From the NCBI GenBank assembly GCA_031416315.1, contig JANOTL010000146.1, positions 1 through 64,000 on the forward strand: a stretch of DNA of 64,000 nucleotides, in the 5' to 3' direction. Under the pieces are notes generated by a model. It was not told the DNA's origin, searched no databases, and worked only from the letters and a program-made list of their open reading frames with translations. This DNA is from Pseudomonadota bacterium (GTDB lineage Bacteria; Bdellovibrionota_B; Oligoflexia; Oligoflexales; CAIYRB01). The position numbers and the translations under genes were made by a program. Of the stretch, positions 57,023 to 64,000 are shown in pieces. How positions within the stretch are numbered: the stretch's first letter is position 1; each line of letters begins with the position of its first letter.

Positions 57023-57844
57023 TTAGCGGGCAGCGATTGCCGGATGCGCCGCGATCCAAGCCGCCACGGCCGCCGTCAGCTCGTCCGCACGGTCGAGCGT
57101 CAATTCGTGCCCCCCGCCGGCGACCGGCGACAGCGAGGAATTCGGCAACAATTTAGCCAGTTTAATACTGTTCGCGTTCGGCACGAAAGCATCGTCCGTA
57201 CCGTACACGACGAGCGTCGGAACGCGCATTTCCTTGAGGCGCTCGCGCACGCGAAAACGCGCGGCCGAGCTCAATTGCGCGACCACCGTACGCGCATGCA
57301 GCCCGTCGGATGCCGCAATTGCCGCATATTTCGCCGCGATCTCCGCCTGCTTCGCCGCGGAGCAATCCTTGCCGACCATCGCGCGCGCGAGGTTCGCATG
57401 GAGCTTCTCCTTCGGCCCGAGCGCGCCGGAAATCAAGCCGTAGGCTCCCGGAAAGCTCATGCGCAACGTCTTTTGCCCGGCGATGCTGGTGTTCACGGTG
57501 ATCAGGCTGCGACAGCGCTCGGGATGACGGAGCCCGCAACCGAGCGTCACCATGCCGCCGAGCGAGACGCCGAAGATATGCGCCTGCGGGATCTTCAACG
57601 CCGTCAGCACGTCGGCGACGTCGTCGGCAAGATCGAAGAGCGAGGTCGTCATCCCGTGCGGCAAGGTCGAACGGCCGATGCCGCGGAGCTCCATTGTGAT
57701 CACTTGGAACCGCTCGGCGAGCTTCCGATCGTAGCCGAGCCAGTGCTTGATCGAGCGCCCGAGCCCGCGCAGCATGACGAGCGGCTCGCCCTCGCCGTGG
57801 ACTTCGTAGTAAATCGCGCCCTGCTTTTTCGCTAGAGTCGGCAT
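57023..57844 (-). CDS. Alpha/beta hydrolase
   Basis: ELRGIGRS, GVSLGG nucleophile elbow, GTDD and GGH. Confidence 0.9.
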   Translation of the reverse strand: MPTLAKKQGAIYYEVHGEGEPLVMLRGLGRSIKHWLGYDRKLAERFQVITMELRGIGRSTLPHGMTTSLFDLADDVADVLTALKIPQAHIFGVSLGGMVTLGCGLRHPERCRSLITVNTSIAGQKTLRMSFPGAYGLISGALGPKEKLHANLARAMVGKDCSAAKQAEIAAKYAAIAASDGLHARTVVAQLSSAARFRVRERLKEMRVPTLVVYGTDDAFVPNANSIKLAKLLPNSSLSPVAGGGHELTLDRADELTAAVAAWIAAHPAIAAR

Positions 57845-57853
57845 CGCCCTCGA

Positions 57854-60430
57854 TTATACCCGATCCGGCGTCGCTTTATCCTCGAGGTCCTGCACGCGAT
57901 CAGAGACTTTGCGCAGCTTCGCGAGGAGCTCTTCCTGCTGCTTCTGCAGCTCGGCGACCTTGTCGTCGTCGCCGCGACGCAGCCCGGCCAGGATCTCGTC
58001 GACGGCGACTGCTTCCTGATGCGGCAGCGTGTTGCGGAACGCCTCGAGCCCTTCGGCCGCTTCCTTAACACGACCTAAACGAACGGCGCGCGCCGCCGTA
58101 TGCTGAATCTGACGGTCCGGATCGCGCAGCAAGTCGATGAGCTTCTCGTGCGCTCTCGCGCGCGCCTTGCGCTCGGCGAAAGGGGCCAGGGCCGCCAGCC
58201 CGTAGAGTGCGCCGCCGCGGGCGCGGAAATGCGTCTTTCCGAGCGCTGCCTTGCCTTCGAGAAAGCCCACCACTTCGTCCTTCCGCGACATGCCGATCGC
58301 CTGCAGCGCCGCGTGAGCCTCGTGCCCGTAACGCCGGTTCTCCTGCTCGGCCGCCTTGGTCAAGAGCTCGATCGGCGCCTCGTTGCGTTGCGCGCCGAGC
58401 GCGTAATACGCCGACGCCGTCGCCGTCGGGCCGAGGTCTTTTTTCGCAAGCCGCGCCTTCACCGCCTCGGCGATCCGCGCGTCGCGGAAATGCCCGGCGC
58501 GCGCCATCACGGACGGCAATACCAGTGGATCCTTTTCCTGCGCCACGAGCTCGCAGAGGCCGAGGATCGCGTCGTCCGTTCCGGCCTTCTTCAAGGCCGC
58601 CGCGATCTCGCGGCGCACTCCCCAGAAAGGCTCTTTCCGCCAGGCTTCGACCAGCTCGCGCACGTTTGCGCGCTTGCCCGTCTCCGCCAGAGCGAACGCC
58701 GCGTGAATCCGGCCGCCGACGTCCTTCGCCTCCCGCAGCTGCTTCCGCAGCTTCTCGTCGCCCGGCTGCATCTCGAGCTTGTGCAGCGCCTTCCAAAAGG
58801 GGTCAAAGCGCACCATCTCGGGGTCGGAGGCCATCGGCACCTGGAACGACTGGCGCACCTCGCTCAGCTCGATCGCCATCGTCTCGGTCTTGCCGGCGAT
58901 CGTCCACCCGAGGTCGGTCTTCAGGCGGAAGGGGCGGATCCCCTTTTTATCGTCGACCTGCTTCTGGACGATCTCGAAGCTACCGACCTTCTTTTCCTTG
59001 TCGTACGTGAAGGTGACTTTCAGGTTCGGGTAACCGGCGGTGAACACCCACTGGTCGAAGAGCTGCTGCAACGAACGGCCGCAGCTGGCCTCGAGCTTCT
59101 TGCGGAAGTCGTCGGTTTCGACGGTTTTCTCGCGGTACGTGGTGAGGTAGTCGTTCACGCCTCGCCAGAAGTTGACGTCGCCGATCTCGTTACGGATCGT
59201 GTGCAGGCGGCACGCGCCGCCCGGATAGAGGTGGCGGTCGTACATCTGCCAAGAGGAGGCGAACTTGCGCGTCACGAGGGGACGCGAGTAATGCTCGTCG
59301 GCCTCCTCGAAATATGCCCGCGCGTTGCAGATCAGGTCGTACTGCTGCTCGTCTTCGCCGCGCTTGTCCTCGAGCCAGCAGGTCTCCATATAGGTGGCCC
59401 ACGACTCCTTCAGCCAGGCATGCGCGAAATCGCGGCAAACCACGAGGTCGCCGAAGTAGCTGTGCGCCATCTCGTGCACGTTTACCTGATCGACGAGCCA
59501 GGTGCGCTCCGGCGCGATGCGCTCGTCGTGCACGAACGTGTCGCTCCAGCTGACGAGCGAGATATTCTCCATGGCGCCGCCGAACTGCGGCAAGGCGAAC
59601 TGGTAGTACTTCGGGAAAGGAAACGGCACGCCGAGCTTCGCCGTCATCCAGCCGAGCATCTCCTTCGTCCGGCCGAACGAGCGCTTCAGATCGTCCGGGC
59701 GGAAGTCCTTGCCCGCGAAATAGGCGACGGGCAGGCCCTGGAACTCGCCGTCGTCGAGCCGGATGAAGTCACCGATCGCGAAGCACACCAAATAGCTCGG
59801 GCAGCGCTGGTCGAGCTTCCAAACCGCGGTCTTCGTGCCGTCCGCGTTCTTCGTCTCGGACTGCAGGGCGCCGTTCGCCAGGATCGTCAGGTCGGCCTTC
59901 GCCGTGAGGTGGAACTCCAGGGTCGTGCGTACGTTCGGCAGGTCGATCGTCGGCAGCCAATGGCGCGCCAGCTCGGTCTCGTGATCGGTCGCGGCGTACA
60001 GAGACTTCGTCGGCTCGGCGGCCGTCGGCTTCATGAACAGGAGACCCGCCGTCGGCTGCTCGACGCGGTACGTCACCTCCAGCCCGCGCTTCTCGCCCAC
60101 CGTGAACGGTTTTGACCAGCGCACCCACAGCTTCTTCCCGTCGTAGCCGTGCTCCAGCCCGCCGTCTTTCGCGTCACGCACCGTGACGGCGTCGAATGCC
60201 ACCGCATCGAGCTCTAAAAGCTGCGCGCCGTCGCGATTGCACACGATCGTATGCGTGACGGTCCCGGTCGCGGTCTGAGCCTCGAGATCCAACAGCAAGG
60301 CGATCTTTAGATGTATGGGCTCGAGCTCCAGGCTCGGCGGGTACTGCTCGATCGCGGCCGGTCCGCCGAAGATCTCGTGGCGTCCGTGGGCGTGACGGCA
60401 GGCGTGCTCGCGCTGGGAAAAGTAGTCCAT
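57854..60430 (-). CDS. pepN: M1 aminopeptidase with C-terminal HEAT-like repeats
   Basis: GAMEN, HEMAH-x18-E and Y.GG motifs. Confidence 0.9.
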   Translation of the reverse strand: MDYFSQREHACRHAHGRHEIFGGPAAIEQYPPSLELEPIHLKIALLLDLEAQTATGTVTHTIVCNRDGAQLLELDAVAFDAVTVRDAKDGGLEHGYDGKKLWVRWSKPFTVGEKRGLEVTYRVEQPTAGLLFMKPTAAEPTKSLYAATDHETELARHWLPTIDLPNVRTTLEFHLTAKADLTILANGALQSETKNADGTKTAVWKLDQRCPSYLVCFAIGDFIRLDDGEFQGLPVAYFAGKDFRPDDLKRSFGRTKEMLGWMTAKLGVPFPFPKYYQFALPQFGGAMENISLVSWSDTFVHDERIAPERTWLVDQVNVHEMAHSYFGDLVVCRDFAHAWLKESWATYMETCWLEDKRGEDEQQYDLICNARAYFEEADEHYSRPLVTRKFASSWQMYDRHLYPGGACRLHTIRNEIGDVNFWRGVNDYLTTYREKTVETDDFRKKLEASCGRSLQQLFDQWVFTAGYPNLKVTFTYDKEKKVGSFEIVQKQVDDKKGIRPFRLKTDLGWTIAGKTETMAIELSEVRQSFQVPMASDPEMVRFDPFWKALHKLEMQPGDEKLRKQLREAKDVGGRIHAAFALAETGKRANVRELVEAWRKEPFWGVRREIAAALKKAGTDDAILGLCELVAQEKDPLVLPSVMARAGHFRDARIAEAVKARLAKKDLGPTATASAYYALGAQRNEAPIELLTKAAEQENRRYGHEAHAALQAIGMSRKDEVVGFLEGKAALGKTHFRARGGALYGLAALAPFAERKARARAHEKLIDLLRDPDRQIQHTAARAVRLGRVKEAAEGLEAFRNTLPHQEAVAVDEILAGLRRGDDDKVAELQKQQEELLAKLRKVSDRVQDLEDKATPDRV

Positions 60431-60539
60431 AAAGATTCCCTAACTTGGCGGAATGACAGGCATGGACACATATCAAACAAATCCACAGCTTGTCCACAGG
60501 CCGTCCCGCACTAGGGCTTCCCGCCGTCGCGGGTTTCAG

Positions 60540-60568
60540 TTGACAGTCCAAGCCTGCTCGACGAATAT
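60540..60568 (+). promoter_or_regulatory. Probable sigma70 promoter of the rplU operon
   Basis: TTGACA-17 bp-GAATAT. Confidence 0.5.
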
Positions 60569-60605
60569 GCAGGGCTCTCGCATCCCGCCCGTTCTGGAGT
60601 TTACG

Positions 60606-60914
60606 ATGTACGCGGTTATCGATACCGGCTCCCGTCAGTTCAAGGTCACCGAAGGCCAGATCCTGGTCCTCGATCGCGTCCCGGGCAATGAAGGCGACAA
60701 GTTCACCTTCAAGAACGTCCTGATGATCGGCGGCGCCAAGACCGTCATCGGCGCCCCCCAAGTTGCCGGCGCCACCGTCGAAGCGACGATCAAGAGCCAC
60801 ACCAAGGGCGACAAGATCCTCGTCTTCAAATACAAGCGCCGCAAAAACTACAAGCGCACGCAGGGCCATCGTCAGCCGCTGACGACGCTCGAGATCAACA
60901 AGATCAACGGCTGA
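60606..60914 (+). CDS. rplU: 50S ribosomal protein L21
   Basis: MYAVIDTGSRQFKV…KYKRRKNYKRTQGHRQ; GGAG RBS. Confidence 0.97.
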   Translation: MYAVIDTGSRQFKVTEGQILVLDRVPGNEGDKFTFKNVLMIGGAKTVIGAPQVAGATVEATIKSHTKGDKILVFKYKRRKNYKRTQGHRQPLTTLEINKING

Positions 60915-60942
60915 GCAGCCGTTTCTCCTGAGGTAGCCCTTC

Positions 60943-61200
60943 ATGGCACATAAGAAAGCTGGTGGTAGTAGCCGCAACGGTCGCGATTCGAACCCTCAGT
61001 ACCGCGGTACGAAGGTTTACGGCGGCCAGACGGTGACGGCGGGATCGATCCTGGTCCGCCAGGTCGGCAGCACGATCAAGCCGGGCAAAAACGTCGGCCT
61101 CGGCCGCGATTTCTCGCTCTTCGCCCTGATCGACGGCGTCGTCGCATACGACACCGTCGCCGGCGGCCGCAAGCGCGCGAGCATCCTTCCGCAAGCCTGA
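60943..61200 (+). CDS. rpmA: 50S ribosomal protein L27
   Basis: [16 protein letters not shown]. Confidence 0.98.
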   Translation: MAHKKAGGSSRNGRDSNPQYRGTKVYGGQTVTAGSILVRQVGSTIKPGKNVGLGRDFSLFALIDGVVAYDTVAGGRKRASILPQA

Positions 61201-61215
61201 TCCGATTTTTCCGGG

Positions 61216-61252
61216 ACGCGGCACGGAGCTTCTCCGTCGCCGCGTTTCGTTC
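61216..61252 (+). terminator. Hairpin/terminator between rpmA and obgE
   Basis: ACGCGGC-ACGGAG-CTT-CTCCGT-C-GCCGCGT followed by TTCGTT. Confidence 0.55.
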
Positions 61253-61325
61253 CTCGCTCCTGCTCCTACCTCCTCCCACTGCATCCCCATCCATATCCGC
61301 CTCGTGTCAAACGGGTCCTCGTCCT

Positions 61326-62501
61326 ATGAAGTTCATCGACAGCACCCAGATTCGCGTACGCGCCGGCCGCGGCGGTGACGGCATCGCCAGCTTCAAGTCG
61401 GCCAAAGGCGCCCCGAAGCTCGGCCCCGACGGCGGCGACGGCGGCACCGGCGGCAGCATCATCTTTCAGGGTCACAACGGCCTGAACACTCTGAGCAACC
61501 TCCGCTACCGCGCCATTTATCGCGCGGAAGACGGCGTGCGCGGCGGCACCAACGGCGCGACCGGCGCTTGTGGCGAAGACCTCGTCCTGCGCGTGCCGCT
61601 CGGCACCGTCGCGATCGACATCGCCACAGGCGACTGCGTCGCGGAGATCATCGAGCACGGCGAGGAGGTGGTCGTCGCCAAAGGCGGCCGCCACGGCTTG
61701 GGCAACATGCATTGGACCTCACCGACGCACCAGGCGCCCGAAGAATACCGCCCGGGCACCGAAGGCGAGTCGCGCGAGCTGCGCCTCGAGCTGAAGCTGA
61801 TCGCCGACGTCGGCCTCGCCGGCTTCCCGAACGCGGGCAAATCGACCCTCCTTTCGCGCATCAGCGCGGCGCGCCCGAAAATCGCGGACTATCCGTTCAC
61901 GACCCTGAAGCCGAACCTCGGCGTCGTCGAGCTCAAGACGGGCAGCGGCGACTACGGCTACGACGCCATCGTCGTCGCCGACGTGCCGGGCTTGATCGAA
62001 GGCGCCAGCATCGGCAAGGGCCTTGGGCACGCGTTCTTGAAGCATCTCGAGCGCACCTGCATGATCGCCTACATCGTCGACGGCAACGATGCCGCCCGCG
62101 ACGTCGAGACGACGCTCGCGACCCTGAAGAACGAGCTGGCGAGCTTCGGCACCGAGCTCGCGAAGAAGCGCTCGATCGTCGTGATCAACAAGATCGACCT
62201 CCTCGACGAAGAGCTGGTCTCATATCTGATCAGTGAAGTGAACACGCTCGGCCACGAGGCCATGGCGATCTCTGCCGTCGAGGGCGCCGGCATCGACAAG
62301 CTGAAGTACCGGCTCCTCGACCTCGTGAAAGAGGAAAAGGCCCGGCTTCTCATCGAAACCGCGGTCCTCGGCAAGAACACGTCCGAGCCGCGCCGCAGCG
62401 GCGGCTACTACGGGCTCGCCGAGCCCGAAAGCCACAAGTCGATTCAAGCTCTCGCGCGGACTCAGGCGCTGATCCTCGAAGCCGATGCCCACCGCAGCTG
62501 A
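61326..62501 (+). CDS. obgE: GTPase Obg/CgtA
   Basis: Gly-rich Obg fold, GFPNAGKST, YPFTT, DVPG and NKID. Confidence 0.96.
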   Translation: MKFIDSTQIRVRAGRGGDGIASFKSAKGAPKLGPDGGDGGTGGSIIFQGHNGLNTLSNLRYRAIYRAEDGVRGGTNGATGACGEDLVLRVPLGTVAIDIATGDCVAEIIEHGEEVVVAKGGRHGLGNMHWTSPTHQAPEEYRPGTEGESRELRLELKLIADVGLAGFPNAGKSTLLSRISAARPKIADYPFTTLKPNLGVVELKTGSGDYGYDAIVVADVPGLIEGASIGKGLGHAFLKHLERTCMIAYIVDGNDAARDVETTLATLKNELASFGTELAKKRSIVVINKIDLLDEELVSYLISEVNTLGHEAMAISAVEGAGIDKLKYRLLDLVKEEKARLLIETAVLGKNTSEPRRSGGYYGLAEPESHKSIQALARTQALILEADAHRS

Positions 62502-63174
62502 AGCCTGGAGTCCCGAGCTCGTCATTTACGGCGGCTCCTTCGATCCCCCGCATGCAGCGCACACGGCGCTGCTCGTGTCGGCGCTGCGCGAGTTTCCGGC
62601 GGCCCGGGCTTGGATGGTGCCGGCCGCGGCGACGCCCTTGGCGGGCGCAGCTCCAGGCGAAGCCGCCAACAGCGGCAGCAAGGTCTCCGGCGCAACCTAT
62701 GCACAGCGCTTTGCCATGTGCGAGCTCGCCGTCGCCGCGCTTCCCCGCGAGCTCATGTCCCGCATCACGATTTCCACCCTGGAAGCCGAGCTTCCGCAAC
62801 CGAACTACACCGTCACCACGCTGCGTGAGATCCGTAAGCGCCAGCCAAAGACACGCCTCGCCCTTCTCATCGGCGGCGACCAGCTGGAGGCCTTCTCCCG
62901 TTGGCGCGAGCCGCGCGAGATCCTCGCGCTCGCCTCTCTCATCGCGGTCCAGCGCGACGGCGCGAAGGGTGACCCGAAGGCCGTCCTGTCAGCCCTCGAT
63001 TTCGCGGCGCCCTCGCAAGACGGTCGCCCCCTGATCTATTCTCTCGACGGCCAGCCCGTCGCGGCAGCGAGCCGCGCCCTGCGCGCCGCGTTTGCCCGCG
63101 GCGACACAGCTCCCGAAGGCTGGCTCGAACGTTCCGTGGCCCATTACATCGATCGTGAAGGACTTTATCGATGA
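62485..63174 (+). CDS. nadD: Nicotinate-nucleotide adenylyltransferase
   Basis: GGSFDPPH..H, YTVTTL, IGGD…W and YI…GLY; obg-nadD-rsfS order. Confidence 0.85.
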   Translation: MPTAAEAWSPELVIYGGSFDPPHAAHTALLVSALREFPAARAWMVPAAATPLAGAAPGEAANSGSKVSGATYAQRFAMCELAVAALPRELMSRITISTLEAELPQPNYTVTTLREIRKRQPKTRLALLIGGDQLEAFSRWREPREILALASLIAVQRDGAKGDPKAVLSALDFAAPSQDGRPLIYSLDGQPVAAASRALRAAFARGDTAPEGWLERSVAHYIDREGLYR

Positions 63175-63518
63175 ACGCTCTCGACATTGCCAAAGAAGCC
63201 GCCGCCGCCGCCTCGGACAAGAAGGCCGTACGCCCCGTACTGCTAGACTTGCGCGGCATCTCGGATTTCTGCGATTTCCAATTCATCTGCTCGGGCGAGA
63301 ACGACCGCCAGACGCGCGCCATCTGCGAGGCGATCGACGAGCGCTGCCGCAAGAACGGCGTGCGCCCCGCCGCGGTCGAGGGCAAGCAGACCGGCAACTG
63401 GATCACGATGGATTACGGCTCGACGATCATCCACGTCTTCTTCGACCACCTCCGCGACTACTACGCGCTCGAAGAGATCTGGCCGAAGGCGAAGTTCGTC
63501 GCGCTCAAAGACGCCTGA
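63171..63518 (+). CDS. rsfS: Ribosome silencing factor
   Basis: DKKA…LDL, D…ICSG..RQ, W..MDYG…HVF and R.YYALE.IW. Confidence 0.95.
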   Translation: MNALDIAKEAAAAASDKKAVRPVLLDLRGISDFCDFQFICSGENDRQTRAICEAIDERCRKNGVRPAAVEGKQTGNWITMDYGSTIIHVFFDHLRDYYALEEIWPKAKFVALKDA

Positions 63519-63523
63519 CGCAA

Positions 63524-63961
63524 GTGCAGCTCCGGATCGCGAAGATCGGCCGCGTCGCCTATCCCGAGCTGACGGCGATGGCCGCCGTCTACGAAGGGCG
63601 CCTCAAGCCTTTCGGCAAGGTGGAGGCCCTCGACTTCAAGGACGAGGACGCGTTCCTGCGTTTCGCCGGCAAACTTTTGCCCGGCACTCGCGTCGTGATG
63701 ATGGACGAGCGCGGCAAGTGCCACCGCTCGACCGAGCTCGCCGAGCGCCTCCGCGCCTGGACGGACGATCCGGCCATCAAACAAGTCTTGTTTGTGATCG
63801 GCGGCCCGCTCGGCCTCGGCGAAGAGGTCAAGGCCCTGGCGCAGGAGACCTGGAGCCTTTCGCCCGCGACCTTCACCAGCGACTTCGCCTGGGTGCTTTG
63901 CTGGGAGCAGCTCTACCGCGCCTTCACCATCCTCAAGGGCACCGGCTACCACCACGACTGA
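63524..63961 (+). CDS. rlmH: 23S rRNA (pseudouridine1915-N3)-methyltransferase
   Basis: GTG start; DERGK…S.ELA, FVIGGPLGL and EQLYRAFTILKGTGYH. Confidence 0.93.
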   Translation: MQLRIAKIGRVAYPELTAMAAVYEGRLKPFGKVEALDFKDEDAFLRFAGKLLPGTRVVMMDERGKCHRSTELAERLRAWTDDPAIKQVLFVIGGPLGLGEEVKALAQETWSLSPATFTSDFAWVLCWEQLYRAFTILKGTGYHHD

Positions 63962-64000
63962 TTCCACGGTAGAATCAGGGGCATGAAACCCATTCTCCGC

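Noticed and set aside
60431..60605. Replication origin
   Set aside because: Only two imperfect DnaA boxes, no AT-rich unwinding element and no dnaA/gidA context.
63983..64000. Start of a further CDS (MKPILR…)
   Set aside because: Truncated by the window edge; six codons cannot be assigned.

Overview
GC-rich bacterial chromosomal window. It is most consistent with an Oligoflexia/Bdellovibrionota-like organism; this is inferred from a TIGR02147-like regulator, a GxxxGDGG-type secreted protein, a sigma54-type fliK-flgD unit and about 16 predicted lipoproteins. Housekeeping blocks are ribBX-ribH-nusB, SDR-HK-RR-dapF-acyltransferase, GT9-kdtA-rng, fliK-flgD, pepN and rplU-rpmA-obgE-nadD-rsfS-rlmH. 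They alternate with blocks of secreted or lipoprotein genes. The main unexplained structure is two separate lipoprotein cassettes, each bounded by a direct repeat that duplicates the 3' end of the flanking gene(s). The repeats are 179 bp (16461-16639 / 19495-19673) and 51 bp (27202-27252 / 31814-31864), each pair with 3 mismatches, and no integrase or transposase is recognisable in the window. Other leads are a candidate ~190-nt structured RNA (48575-48767), a stand-alone fragment of a family-5 solute-binding protein next to a Mop/TOBE gene, a WD40-HTH-HExxH/Kelch-WD40 operon, a PEGA/TolB/orphan-SBP/PilZ/CysQ envelope operon and a 15-bp tandem repeat inside fliK. No rRNA, tRNA or CRISPR array was seen. 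All calls come from reading the sequence by eye; no searches were run.
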